Of a stretch of 64,000 nucleotides of DNA, positions 48,682-62,459 are shown piece by piece. The stretch spans positions 6,880,001 to 6,944,000 of the forward strand of contig CM000151.3 in assembly GCA_000004695.1 (NCBI GenBank). The letters are read 5' to 3'. The DNA is from Dictyostelium discoideum. Lineage: Eukaryota. The position numbers and the translations under genes are program-made. Below the pieces are notes generated by a model. The model did no database searches, had not been told where the DNA came from, and saw only the letters and a program-made list of their open reading frames with translations. Position 1 is the first letter of the stretch, and each line of letters opens with the position of its first letter.

Positions 48682-49024
48682 ATTAATTAAAAAAATAAAT
48701 AAATAACATTTAGAATATAAAAAAAAAAAAAAAAACTATCTTATAGCCAAACATTCCAAAATTTATTAATTTTTTATTTGACAATTTCCCTCTTTTTTTT
48801 TTTTTTTTTTTTTTTTTCAAGAAACTGTCGCAATGATTTGATTTTTGACAAGCATAAAATAAATATTCAAAAAAATCTGTGATATATTATTTCAATTTTA
48901 AAATTAGAGATCATTCATTCAAAAGAAATAAAATAAATAAATAATATTTAAGATATAAATAAATACAAATAATTATATAATAGCCAATCATTTCATTTAT
49001 TAATTTTTTTATATGACATAATTA

Positions 49025-49078
<54 letters not shown>

Positions 49079-49569
49079 ATATTAATTGGTGTTTAATCTC
49101 TAAGTTAAAAAAAAAAATAATAAGTGGTTTTTGTTTTTATAATTCTTTTTTCATTTTCTTTCTATTTCCTATTTTTTTTTTTAATACAAGATACTTTTTC
49201 ATTAAAATATTACAATAAATATTAATAAAAAATAAATTTTTTCTTTTTTTTTCTTCTTTTTATATTCAAAAAAATTCTAGATTATTTCAATTTTAAAATT
49301 GGAAATCATTAAATTATTTAATAAATTAAAAGATTAATTCTTTATTTCAATAACTAATTAATTGATTAAATGATTCTTTAAATTAATTTTTATTTTTCTA
49401 TTTTTTTTTATAAATGATTCTTTTAATTTAAATTTTAATAAATAAATTTGAATTGTTTTAATTACATTTCATACAAACATAGTGTTCTTTAATAAAATTT
49501 TTTTTTTAAAAAAAAAAAAAGGTTAGAAATTAATTTACTTTTTTTTTATATAAATTATTTTTTTTTTTT

Positions 49570-50186
49570 TTAAAAAATAATAAAAAACTTACTTGAAGCA
49601 ATATTATCTAAAACTTGAAATTGACCTTCAATTTCATTTTTACATTTAAAACATTTTAAACAATTTTTATGATATTTCTCTTCTGGTGAAACTACGACCA
49701 TTGGAGTTGAATTTAAAATTGATTTTTTACATTGGAAGCATTTACCTATTTCTTTAGTATTATTTGCATTTTGTTGTGCTTTTAATTCTTCATTACATTT
49801 TGAACAGTATGGTAAATCATTTCTAATGAAATAGGCACCGTCTATCTTTGCATTACATTGTTCACATGAGAAACAATCAACATGGTAAACTTTACCTGCA
49901 TTATCTGTTAATTTACTTCCAAGAATTGATTTCTTACATTTATTACAATCGACTGAATTCTTTTTATCATTACAATCTTTACATAATCTTTTCTTATCAC
50001 TTGAAACGTAAAAACTACTCATTTCACAATTACATTGTTCACATTTAAAACATTCCTTATGAAATTTCTCTTCCTCTGTTATAACTATCATTTCTCCTTT
50101 TATAACTTCTGAACATTTTAAACATTTATTTGAATTATTTTGAATTATATTTTCTGTTGCTAAAAATAGAAATAAAATAATTTTTT

Positions 50187-50217
<31 letters not shown>

Positions 50218-50263
50218 AAAGTTTTGTTTGTATTATTAAAATTTTTTATTAATACATACACAT
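49570..50263 (-). CDS. LIM-domain protein with three tandem LIM domains, ~197 aa; complement(join(49570..50159,50260..50263))
   Basis: The reading frame stays open upstream of the listed M and completes the first LIM domain (CLKCSEVIKGEMIVITEEEKFHKECFKCEQCNCEMSSFYVSSDKKRLCKDC). Two further LIM domains (CNKCKKS...CSKC and CFQCKKS...CFKC...) follow. The proposed 4-nt first exon is ATGT|GTATGT, with a TTTTTAG acceptor at 50160. The exact start is uncertain. Confidence 0.65.
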
Positions 50264-50824
50264 TTTTATTTATTTATTTATTTTTTTTAATTTTAATTAA
50301 TAGTTATATCTGAATAAAAAAAATAAAAAAATAAAAAAATAATTTGATTTGGAAAAAAAAAAAAATAAAAAAAAAAATAAAAAAATAAAAAAATAAAATT
50401 TTATGGGTTGCCCAATTTTTCAAATAAAAATAACCTTTCTTGTGGTTTGGAGTGTGTTATCATAAATTTATGATCAAGAATATATTTTTATTGACATTTT
50501 TATTTTTATTTTTTTTTTTTTTTATGTTATTATCTAAAATAATGACATTAAATAGATTTTAAATTCTTAATATTACCAGAATAGTAGTTTAATATTTTCA
50601 TTTTCCAAAAGATAAAAATAAATTTGAGATACATTCAACACTGTGTTCAACCATAACATGTTTTTAAATCAAAAAGGTGAATTAAATCTTGTATTTTTGC
50701 CATTTAATATTAATTAGGTTTTGTCAAATTTTAATTTTTTTTATTTTTTTATTTTTTTTTTTTTTTCATTTATTTTTTTTTTTTGCAAATCTCCAAATTA
50801 AAAACAAAGCTTTTTTTTTCATTT

Positions 50825-50863
<39 letters not shown>

Positions 50864-50949
50864 CCCCCGATACTAAGCTGTAGCAGTGAAATTTTTTTTT
50901 TTTATTTTTTTTTATTTTTTTTCTTTGAAGTTTTAAATAATATCAAATA

Positions 50950-51380
50950 ATGGCAATTTTGTTTAGTTTTTCACCATGGGCAGATATTGGAAATGATCAA
51001 CCAGCATATAAACTTGCAAGATTAATGGTAATTTATATTAGAAAATAAAAAATAAAAAAAAAAATAAAAAAAAAAAAAAAAAAAAAAAAAACCAAAGCCC
51101 TAACCAATTTTTTTTTTTTTTTTTTTTTTTTTATTATTTTTTATTTTCTAAAAAAATTACAGGATAAATGTTTATGGTTTGAAAATGAAAATGGTGGGTT
51201 AGGTATACCAATTAGTTGGGCAATGAGTGGTCAAACAATGGAAGCAATATGTAGAGTTGACCCATCAATTGCAGGTTCAATTAGAGTTAGAACTTTAAAT
51301 AAAGGTGTATTCACTTCATGGGATCAATCTGAAATCATTGGTTCAACTTTTCATGCATCTAGTTTAGTTCAAGTATAGTA

Positions 51381-51435
<55 letters not shown>

Positions 51436-52392
51436 CTTTAAAGATATGTAATATAATATTAATCAATTTTTTATTATTATTATTATTATTATTACTAGCC
51501 ATGTTTAGATGATCATTATCAAGAAGCATATATAAATGGATTTGTTAAAGAAGATATTAAACATACGAATGAAGTGATGTGGAAATTATTTGAAAGATCA
51601 CCAAAAGGATTTTGTCCAAGTGAAAAAGTATTTAGTATTCAATGTAGTAGATCTGTAGTAGAGGAAGGATACGAATATTGTATTATAGGTGGCGAATCAT
51701 TTGGTAGTGATTTTCATGCACAGAATAATAAAGGTGGTGTATTTCAACTAGAGAATGGTTTAAAGGTATTACCAACAGTGAATGAAATCTTACCAAATGA
51801 TTTTCACAAATATCATAAAGCAGAGTTATTAATCGATGAAATTATAAACTACTGTCGTAGAAATCATATTGGTAGAGTGGTTTTATCAGCAGATGTTGAT
51901 TTTTGGTTAGAAGGTGATGATTGGGAGACTGCAGTAGAGAATGGTTTCAATCGAATCAAATGGATGTATTTAAAATGTAAAGAAAGGGAAAACGAAATTA
52001 GAATGGTAAATACTCATGCACTAATAGAATCATCTTGGCAACAAGGTTATTCAGGTTTAAATAGTTTAATTAGATTCTATGAATCAATTGGTATACCTGA
52101 TCCATATCGTTTCATCTCAAGTTGGACTAATCCAAAGGGTAATTTAGATTTCGTAGATTGGTCACGTTCTGATAAAGCTGCTCAATTCATCAAAGCTCAC
52201 ACCGATAAATACTTACGAGGTATCAATCATCAACAATGGGTTGATGGTGATAAACTTCAATCTTCAAAACAAATGTGGTTAAATATCTCTGGTACTGTAT
52301 TTTATGATGATAGACCTGAATGGAGAGATTTCATGACAGATTGTTTTAACGAAAATTTAGAAAAGGCTTGGAATTTATTAAATGATTCTTAA
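50950..52392 (+). CDS. hypothetical soluble protein, ~393 aa; join(50950..51027,51163..51372,51499..52392)
   Basis: MAILFSFSPWADIGNDQPAYKLARLM/DKCLWFENENGGLGIPISWAMSGQTMEAICRVDPSIAGSIRVRTLNKGVFTSWDQSEIIGSTFHASSLVQ/PCLDDHYQEAYINGFVKEDIKHTNEVMWKLFERSPKGFCPSEK... The introns are GTAATT...TACAG and GTATAG...TACTAG, and the second contains (AAAT)n. The composition is ordinary. No homologue recognised. Confidence 0.55.
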
Positions 52393-52539
52393 TAATAAAA
52401 TAAATAATAAAATTAATAATAATAATAATAATAATAATATAAAAATAAAATAAAATAAAATAATATATATAAATATAAAGATAATTTTTTTTTTATTTAT
52501 TTTTTATTTATTTATTTTTTTTTATTTTTTTTTATTTTT

Positions 52540-54286
52540 TTAATTAATTGTATTTTCTAAATCTTGAATTTGTTTTTGATCTTTTTCATTATTTAAACTT
52601 TTAGTTGTTGGTGGATTTTTATATGCTCTCCAAATTAAAATGGTTGAAATTAATGTAATTAATACAACAACACCATTTATTAGGAAAATTGCAGGTGGGA
52701 AAAATATTGGAGCATTTGGTGATGAGAAATACATTAAAATATCATTTGCAGCAATACTACCTACAAAATTTGCTAATCCAGCAATTGCATTGGCTCCAGT
52801 TAAAACTGAACCTTGAAGATTAGCAGGAGTACAACCACTAATAACTGCTTGAATAATGTTCATATTGTTTGGAACGAATCCAACAAATATTGAACCAACT
52901 AAGAAAATTACAAAATTATATTTAACTTTAATACCAGCAAATACAAACATAACATGAGCTAATAAACTACAACAATATCCAATTGTAATAACTCTTCTTT
53001 GTGCTAAATTATTTTTAAAATAATAATAAAAAAAAAGATTAGAATTATTATTATATAAAAAAGAAAAAGAAAAAAAAATAAAAATTAAAAAATACATACA
53101 TAAATATTTTAATAATAATGGAATTACAAATGCACCCCAGATAACAATGGTTGTACCTAATGCAGCAAGATAATAACCATTTTGAGTTGGTCCCCAATCA
53201 TAGAGTAATGATCTATATTTTTAAAAAATAATAATAATTTTTCATTAATAAATTATTAAAATTTTTTAATATTTTTATATTGATTTTTTGAAAAAAAAAA
53301 AAAAAACTTACGCAAATAAATAATAATCATTAATAAGATCTTGACCAGTGTAATTAATTGAAGCAAATACTAAAACTACCCAGAAAATATAACCAGATGA
53401 TTTTAATAAATTATAAATTAATTTGAATGGATTGAATGTTGAAATTGTTTCTTGAATTCTATTATTTTCTTTTGCAATTTCAAGACTCTCTGGTAAGAAT
53501 GGTATACCAATAAAACATAAACTCATTAAACCACCAGTAACATATAATGGTATAAATTGACTACCTAATGAACTAATAAATACAAAAATTAATGGACCTA
53601 TTACAACACCAATTCCTAAAGAGGCACCAGCAAATGAATATAAAATTGGAACATGATCTTCATCGAAAATATCTGCAATATATGAAAATACTGCTGGTTG
53701 CATTACAACATTAATTCCACCTAATGTATGGAATACATAATAATATGCTAAATTATGAGTATACATTGAAATAAAGCAAGATGCCATATCCATAATTGAA
53801 CTAAATACAGCAAGATATAAAATTTTTTTTCTTCCATATCTTTTTTTTTTTTTTTTTTTTTTTATAAAAATATTATAATTAGTATAAAATAAATTAAAAT
53901 TCTTTTTTTTTAAAAATTAAAAATATTTACCTATCAGATAAAACACCAACTAATGGACCGAATATAAACATTGTTAAATTTGGTAAAGCATCTGAATAAG
54001 ATTTATAGTATGCTGCTTTTGATTGTTGATCATCAAAATTAAATGATGGAAATTTATATGCAACATAATCAACCAACATGTTCGGTATAATTACACCATA
54101 TAAAAAGGTTGACATTACCCAAATAAAAAATATAATATATAATAAAATTGTTTGTTTTAAGTATTTATGTTTAAATAATGGAATTTTATCATTATCCTTT
54201 TCCACCCCTTTTTTTATTAAAGGGGTTTCTGGACCGATTGTCCTAATTTTATCATCTTCAAATTTTAAATTACTATTTGGTGGCAT
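52540..54286 (-). CDS. major facilitator superfamily transporter (HIAT1/MFSD14, TetA-like); complement(join(52540..53003,53100..53212,53312..53839,53931..54286))
   Basis: MFS motif A spans the first intron: GPLVGVLSD/RYGRKKILYLAVF. It has more than 10 hydrophobic helices (IGVVIGPLIFVFISSLG, YIFWVVLVFASINYTG, IVIWGAFVIPLLLKYL, LAHVMFVFAGIKV, GSIFVGFVPNNMNIIQAVISGCTP, IAGLANFVGSIAANDILMYF, INGVVVLITLISTILIW). All introns are phase-consistent (GTAAAT, GTAAGT, GTATGT). Confidence 0.8.
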
Positions 54287-54738
54287 TTTATTTTAATTAT
54301 TATTTATAGGAAAAAAAAATAGTTTGGAAAATTTATTTTAAATTTATTTATTTTTATTTATTGGAAAATTTTTATATAATATATTTAATTATTTTATTTT
54401 TATTTGTATTCAATTGTAAAATTATTTTAATGATTAAAAAAAAAAAAAAAAAAAAATATTTAAAGAAAAAATAAATCTTTTGATAGAAAATAAAAGGAAA
54501 GCGAAAATTTAATTAACCTTTTTTTATTTTTTTTTATTTTTTTTGTAAATCAAGAGAACGGAATGTCAATTTTAATTTTTTTGAAAAGGCATTAATTATA
54601 AAAAGGTACAAAAGAAAATTCAACCAATAAGGTCTGAAATTCTTGAGCCTGCTTCGCCCAAGGTTGCGAAAAAAAAAAAATATAAAAAGAACCACTGACA
54701 TCATAAAAATCTTTTGATTTTTTTTCCAATTTATTTTT

Positions 54739-54777
<39 letters not shown>

Positions 54778-54844
54778 CTGGGAGAATGGTTAAAATAAGT
54801 TTGAAAAAATTAAATAAAACAAAGGGGTATTATTTTTTATTTTA

Positions 54845-54879
<35 letters not shown>

Positions 54880-55161
54880 CCCCAATTTTTGATCATTTAA
54901 AAAAAAAAGTTATTTATATTTATTTTTATTTTTATTTTTATTTTTAATTTTTTTTTTTTTTTTTTTTAAATGTTTTGAATAATTTTTTATTGATATAATT
55001 TCCCACACAAAAAATGTATATTAATGATTTAAAAAATCAATTCTATTTTAATTTTTTTTTTTTTTTTTTTTTTTTAATTTTTTTTTTTTTTTTATTTATT
55101 CAACCTTAAATAAATTTTTTATAGATATAAAAAAAGCTATAAAATTTTTAAATAAAATAAA

Positions 55162-56262
55162 ATGAAAAAATTAAAAATATTGATTTTAATTTTTAATTTA
55201 TTAATTTTATCAATAAATTGTATTCCAATAATGAATTGTAATGATTCAAAACAATGTAACAATTTAAAAAATTGTAAAAAATCTTTTATAGATATTTTCA
55301 CAAATTCACCATCACTATCATCATCATCACCATCATCATTACCACAATATATGAATAATAATAATAATTCTAATATTGGCAAAATGATAATTGACAAAGA
55401 AAAAAAAACAATAATTTTTCAAGCATCATATGATAATGAAAGTGTTTATAGAATTCTTTCAATTCCAACCAAGGGTGGTTCATCAACAATTAATAATGTT
55501 AATACAATCGCAAAATTATCAAAAAATATAACAAATAATTTTTTTATTTCATATAAAAATCAAAATGAATTTTTTATTTACTATGAAAATTGTTTAAAAA
55601 AAGTTTCCAATTTTATTTTAGATTCAAATTGTTTTTATAGTAATAATAATAATAATATTACAGATAATAATAATGATATATATTCAATTACATTTGATGA
55701 TCAAGGAATATTTGGATACTATTATTCACCAATATATTCATCAATTATTCAATACCCAACAAATAAAATTCTTTATAAAGGTGGTAATGGTACAAACCAA
55801 ATTAGAATTTTAGATAAATTAATATTTTTTAAAATTGGTCATAATATTTATTTTGGGGATTTAAATAATTTATTTATAAATTCTACAAATAATAATAATA
55901 ATATTACAAATAATTTTAATCAATCATCAATTAATAATAATAATAACATTAAAAATGTTTTACAATTACCAATTTTCTATTCAAATAAGAATATGTATGA
56001 ATTTGATATATCATCAAGTCATTTCTATTATAGTGATTGGTTTGAAAAAAGAATTTATAGATATCCAATTAGAAATGGTATAATTGATCAAACATTTAAA
56101 CAAATGATATTTTATTATCTACCAATTTCATTTCATTATTTTAATAATTATTTATATCTTTCATTTCCAAATATTTATTCAATTAATTTAAATTCAAAAA
56201 ATGTAGAATTTCAGTTAACTGACCATTTTATTCAATCAAATTATTATTGTATAGATAAATAA
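55162..56262 (+). CDS. secreted Asn-rich hypothetical protein, 366 aa, single exon
   Basis: MKKLKILILIFNLLILSINCIPI is a signal peptide. There are Cys-rich N-terminal motifs (CNDSKQCNNLKNCKKS). The remainder is Asn/Tyr/Ile-rich with no recognisable domain. Confidence 0.5.
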   Translation: MKKLKILILIFNLLILSINCIPIMNCNDSKQCNNLKNCKKSFIDIFTNSPSLSSSSPSSLPQYMNNNNNSNIGKMIIDKEKKTIIFQASYDNESVYRILSIPTKGGSSTINNVNTIAKLSKNITNNFFISYKNQNEFFIYYENCLKKVSNFILDSNCFYSNNNNNITDNNNDIYSITFDDQGIFGYYYSPIYSSIIQYPTNKILYKGGNGTNQIRILDKLIFFKIGHNIYFGDLNNLFINSTNNNNNITNNFNQSSINNNNNIKNVLQLPIFYSNKNMYEFDISSSHFYYSDWFEKRIYRYPIRNGIIDQTFKQMIFYYLPISFHYFNNYLYLSFPNIYSINLNSKNVEFQLTDHFIQSNYYCIDK

Positions 56263-56607
56263 TTTTAATAAAAAAAAAAAATAAAAAATAAAAAAAAAAT
56301 AAAGATAAAAGATAAATTTTTTAAAAATAATAAACAAGGTTTTTTTTTCTTTTTATAAATTTTTTTTTTTATTTAAATGAGATTAGAAAAATCAAAATAT
56401 GTTTTTTTTTTTTTATAAATCATTTTTGTTTTTGTATTTGTTTTTGTTGTTTTTTTTTTTTTTTTTTTTTTCTGTAAGAAAAAATTTAAATTTGTATTAT
56501 TTGTATTATTATTATTATTTTTTTTTTTTTATATATTGTATATTATTTTATTATTGAAAAAAAAAAAAAAAATGATTATTATTATTTATTTATTTATTTA
56601 TTTATTA

Positions 56608-58022
56608 TTAATTAGTAGTTTGAGGAATTGAATTATCAACTGGAATTGAATTTTCAATTTTAGCAGAAGAATCAACTTTTGAAAGGTTTGGAGTTGAAGA
56701 TTCAACGGGTTTTTTAAAAATATAATCTGGTTTTACACAATCAGCAGGAAGATTTGGATTATGAATGAAATAGTGTGGTTTATGAATGAAATTTGGATCC
56801 TTTGCCAAATTTACTTTTGCTTTCTTTCTTTGAAGATCTTCGATTCTTTGTTTTTCAAGACCAGCCTTTCTACTATCTTTCTTTGCGAAACCCTCAGCAA
56901 CACCTTTCCAAACCTTTTGAGAAGCATTCTCTTTTAATTGTTCCATTGGTTCCTCGATGACTGGTTCAGAACGCATGGTATTGTAATTTATAAAGACACC
57001 AGATGTTTTATCTTTGAGATTAGTGATGGTAAGTATATCAACATGAGTACCATGAATATCATAGATTGGTTCGGTACCTTTGCTAACTATGATTTGAAGA
57101 TCGTGCCATTTGCCACCAATGATTGGTTTGTCCTTGAAATTGATGACTGCGCTATAGCCAGTTTCTGGACAAACAAAATTATATTTACCAGTGAATTCAA
57201 ATTTCCATCTCAAAAGACGAAGATAACCCTCTGTGAATTTATCGTTGAAATAGGTCTCGGTGACACCACCCTCTCTCTCCAATGTGATACAAGTCTTTAC
57301 ATCCATATTGACACGAATACATTTACCCTTGAATACTGGTGTGATTTGTTGTTTTGAATCAAATTTGATCTTATGTTTATCATTGTAAAAGTTAAAACAT
57401 GAAATTGGTGGATGATGTGAAATTTGTTCGGCTGTGAAATGTGTAATATCACCTTGAATCACCTCATTGGTCTTCTCATCTGTATGTTGAACTTGACATT
57501 CATAAACTTCTCCTAAAATTGGATTCAATGGATTCTTTGGGAAATACATCTTTGGCCATGTTAAATGATATTTTAAAACTTGTAAAAATCTTTGATCATC
57601 TTCTTTAATATATGGTGCACTATTTAAAATTTTAAAATTTTAAAAAATTAATATAAAATGAAAAAAATAAAAAAATAAAAAAAAATAAAAAAGTAATATA
57701 TATATATAAATTACCTTGTTAATAAATGTGAAAAAATTGCTGATTGTTGTTGAATTGCTGTTAAGAAACTAATTGGTTGTACAAATGTTGCTGGAATTGG
57801 TAATTTAGTCATATCTGCACCAACTTTAAGATGATTCTTAATGAATCCAAATGCTTGTTTCATAACACCTGCCTCTGTGGCTGGTTCAGAATCAATCATT
57901 GCATCAGCTCCACTATTTTCAGTTTGATCAACTCCTTCAGCTTCAACGCCATCACTTGAAAGATCACTAACACTATCTTCTGTTAATGGTGCTTCTTTAT
58001 TGCTTGCTACTTTTGCTGACAT
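56608..58022 (-). CDS. oxysterol-binding protein (OSBP/ORP) family member, short ORD-only type; complement(join(56608..57619,57715..58022))
   Basis: The OSBP fingerprint EQISHHPPISCF is present. Context is LLTR/SAPYIKEDDQRFLQVLKYHLTWPKMYFPKNPLNPILGEVYECQ...FTAEQISHHPPISCFNFYND...KFEFTGKYNFVCPETGYSAVINFKDKP. The intron runs GTAATT to TTTTAAATAG in phase 2. Confidence 0.85.
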
Positions 58023-60228
58023 TCTTTTTTGGTTCTTTTTTGATGATTATAAAAAAAGTTTATGGTTTTTTTTTTTTTTAAATATTAATGATTATAAAAA
58101 ATTGGTATTGATGTTTGAGAAAAAAAAAAATTATTGTTGGATTTTTTTTTTTTTTTTTTTTTTTTAGATTGTTGAGAAAATATGATACAGTGATGTTATT
58201 AAAGGTTTTTTTTTTTTGGTTTTTTTGATTTTTTTTTTTTTTTTTTTTTTGCTATAAGTTTATTCTATATTATACTATAGGTTGTAAAATATTTTTGTTA
58301 TTGCCAAAAAGAAGGAAAAAAAAAAAAAATTATTATTATAATAATAATTTTAATGTTAATATTTTATTTATTATTATTATTATTTTTTTTTTTTATCGAC
58401 TGGTGTTTTAACAAATTTAAAAAAAAAAAAAAATTGAAAAAAAAAAAAAATTTTAAAAAAAAGGTTGTATGCAAATTTTGAAAATAAAAAAAAAATTAAA
58501 AATTAAAAAAAAATTAAAAAAAAAAAAAATTTTTTGTGATTGAACGAGTGAGTGGAATAGATGATAAATATGTTGTTGTTTATATTTTATATTTACATGT
58601 ATATTTATTATATAATAAATTTAATTATATTTAAAGATATAATATATATTTTTTTTTTGTGTCTTTTAAAAATTTGAATAAGGTTTTTTTTTTTTTTTTT
58701 TTTTTTTTTACAGAATTTATTTTATTTTTTTAAAAAAAAATTATTTATATTGATATATTAATTAAAAAAAGTAAGATGATAATTATTTATAATTTTTTTT
58801 TTTTTTTTTTTATAAATAGAAAAATTATTTAAAAAAAAAAAAAAAGAAAATTATTAAAAATAAAAAAAAATTAAAAATAAAATAATTTTATTTTAAAATT
58901 AATTATTTGTGTAATATTGAAATGGTTGTTGTGTGAGTGGTGGTTTTTAATTTAATTATTATGGATAAAAAAAAAAATATTATTTGACTTTAATTTTTAA
59001 AAATTATAAAAAATAATTCTCACTATGTGGTGGAAAAATTATTTGAATTTAACATATGTTTATATGATTTTTAATAAAGGTGGTGTGAGAGAGGAATTAA
59101 TAGAAGGGGGGGTTAAGTTGGTGAATTAAAATAAAAAAAATAAAAAAAATTTAAATAAAATAAATAAATAAATAAAATATTATCTTAAAGGTTATTTTTA
59201 ATGTTTTATTGTTATTTTTTTTTTTTTTCAAAAGTGACAGTATTGGTAAATAAATTTATTTATTATTTTTTTTTTTTTTTTTTTAGTGTGAGTGTGGTTG
59301 GTAATGGAATGAATAGGTAGGATATTCTCCGATATTTATTTTGATATTTTTATTAATATCAATTTTGTAAACTATATGGTGCACACTTTATTTTTTTATT
59401 TTATTTTTAATTGAAAATGATGGTGATAACTATAAAAAAAAAAAAAAAAAAAAAGAAAAAAAAGAACAAATTTATAATAAATTGTGTTCATATAATAAAT
59501 ACGGGAGAAAAACAAATATTTATTTACTCTAAAAACTATGGGTTATAATAAATTTTATTTTTATTTTAAAAATGGTAGTAAATTTCTTTTGTTATATTTA
59601 AATATTTTAAATTTTATAAAAAAAAAAAAAAATAAAATAATAAAAAAAAAATTATTTTATACACTTTTTTTTTTTTTTAATAGAAAAAGTTAAACAAAAA
59701 AAAATAAAAATAAAAATAAAATATTTTTAATAAAAAAAAAAATAAGAGAAAAGCTATTTTTAATTTTTTTATTTTTATTTTTATTTTATTTTTTTTTTTT
59801 TTGTTTTTGTTTTTACGATGAATTATGATGTGGGGTGGTATGAGGCTTATATCTCTTTGGAAATCCAAAATACCAAAGTTTTTTTTTTTTTATTTTTTTT
59901 TTTTTATTTATTGTGCTTTTATTTTAAAGTAAATGAAAATATAATAAAACAACATAACAATAAAAGGGGTACCTTAAGTTATAACAAATTTGATATTACC
60001 AGTGAATTTATTTTTATTTTTTTATTTTTATTTTTTTTTATTTTTTTTTTTTTTTTTTATACTAGTGCGTTTTGAGTGGTTTTTTTTTTTTAATTATTTT
60101 TTTAATTATTTTATTTTATTTTTATTTTTATTTTTTTTCTTTTTTTATTTTAAAACTTTTATAATAATTATTATAAATAAACTAATTTTGACTTTTTGAT
60201 TGTGTGAAAAAAGGATTTTTTTTTTTTT

Positions 60229-60268
<40 letters not shown>

Positions 60269-60485
60269 AAAATGGTTTTTACACAAAAATGAAACAAGGT
60301 TGTATAGTATTATAATATTATAATTATCAAGTGACATCAATATGGTTTTTTTTTTTATTTATTTTAATTTGTTTGGTTATTACTTACATACAAAAAATAT
60401 GAATATTTAATAACCTTATATAACTATTTAAAATTACAAACAGTTGGTGATGATGTATTATTAATATGAAAATATTGTATTTTAC

Positions 60486-60536
<51 letters not shown>

Positions 60537-61451
60537 GTTGTTGTGTTTCCCAATAATTTTTAGAAAAAAAAAAAAAAAAAAATATAAAAAAAATAAAATA
60601 TTTTAAAAATTAAAAAAAAATCAAAAAAATACAAAAACGTTTAAAAAAATATCCAGTATGATTGGGGAACTGAAAAAAAAAAAAAAAAAAAAAAAAGTTT
60701 AGAAAAAAAGTTTTTTTTTTTATTTTCTTTAACACAAAACTTTTTTTTAATTTTTTTTTTTTTTTAGAGTCAATGACTGGGAGAATTAATTCGATAACAT
60801 GCACATTCAAACATCCCAATCTAAGATAAAAAAAAATAATTTTTTAAAAAATTTTATTATTATTATTTTCTTTTTTTTTTTTTTTTTTTATAGAAAAAAA
60901 TAAAAATTTTGGTTAAAAAAAAAAAAAAAAAAATTTGTAAAAACAAAAAAATCCAATTTTAACAGGTCTGAAATAAAACAACACCCTGATTAGTAATTTT
61001 TTTTTTTTTTTTTTTTTTTTTTGTGGAATGAAATAGTGAAAAAAAAAAAAGACTATGGTGCACTGATAAGTTTTTTTATTTTTTTTATTTTTTTTTGAAC
61101 ACCATTATTTGGTTTATTTTCTAACTTACACCAAAATTTTATTTTTTTATTTTATTTTATTTTTTATTTTATTTTTTTTTTCATTTTATTTTTCATTTTA
61201 TTTTTATTTTCAATGAAAATATTTAACCGAAAGTTGGTAACCTTTTTAAATGATAAAAATAATAAAAAAAAAATGAAAAAAATTAAAAAAATAAACACAA
61301 AAACAAATTGTTAAATTATATATTAAAGAGAGATGTTAATTTATTTTTAATTTATTTTTGGTTGAAGATTTTAATGTGTTACTATTATCTTGATTATTTA
61401 TTCCAATTCAAAAAAAAAAAGATTATTTAAATGAACAACCTTTCCATTCTT

Positions 61452-61586
61452 TTAACATTGATTGCTTTTTCTACACTCTTTTTTAATACTGGGGAAATTT
61501 TCGAGGTCTCCAGTTAAATCTTCAAATAATCCTCTGTTAAAACCAAACTTCTTTGAGATATCATAATATTTTTGGTTCTCACACAT
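61452..61586 (-). CDS. possible small ORF, 44 aa (MCENQKYYDISKKFGFNRGLFEDLTGDLENFPSIKKECRKSNQC), isolated in a gene-poor AT-rich region
   Basis: It has normal codon composition and locally higher G+C than the flanks. No intron signals and no homology recognised. It is below the 60-aa ORF-track cutoff. Confidence 0.2.
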   Translation of the reverse strand: MCENQKYYDISKKFGFNRGLFEDLTGDLENFPSIKKECRKSNQC

Positions 61587-61682
61587 GTTGATTCTTTTTT
61601 GGAAAAAATAAAAAAACAAATATTTTAAGGGTGTAATGGTGATTATTTTTTATTTTATTTTTTATGGAACTTGTCAAATATT

Positions 61683-61724
<42 letters not shown>

Positions 61725-61794
61725 CAATTAAAAATCCAACCCGCAACCAATTTTTATTTTTAATTAAAATTCCAAAAAAATTTTTTATTTTTTG

Positions 61795-61825
<31 letters not shown>

Positions 61826-62232
61826 CCAGTTTTGAAAATAAATAAAATGGTAAAATGGAATATTTGGGCCTTTTCCATTAAAAATGGTGTTGCGAGTAAA
61901 AATGATCCATTATTATTATTATTTTTATTACAATTTTTATTATTGTTTTTATTATTTTTATTATTAGGTTTTTAACCGGTCCAATATTATGAAAAATTAA
62001 AAAATTTTAAAAAAAAAAAAAAAAAATAAGAACTTTGTTGGCCATTTATTGATATTTAATGGAGATAGGCTCCGAGGTTCTATTTTTTTTTTTTCTTTTT
62101 TTAAATTTTTTTTTTTTTTTTTATCTTAGAAAAATAATAATAAAATTAAATGAATTTTGGAAGTCAAATTTTTTAACCATAAGACCAAAAAAGGTTTTTT
62201 TAATTTTTTTTTTTTCGCAAAATCAAATAACA

Positions 62233-62275
<43 letters not shown>

Positions 62276-62424
62276 CGCAAATTCAAAACAAACCATTTTA
62301 AGCTTATTGATATTAGTTTATATATATATTATTTTTTTTTCAATTATTATTATTATTTTTTTTTTTACCCATTATTTCATCCAATAATAAATTATGATAA
62401 ACTATCGTGGTAACCTATTGAAAT

Positions 62425-62459
<35 letters not shown>

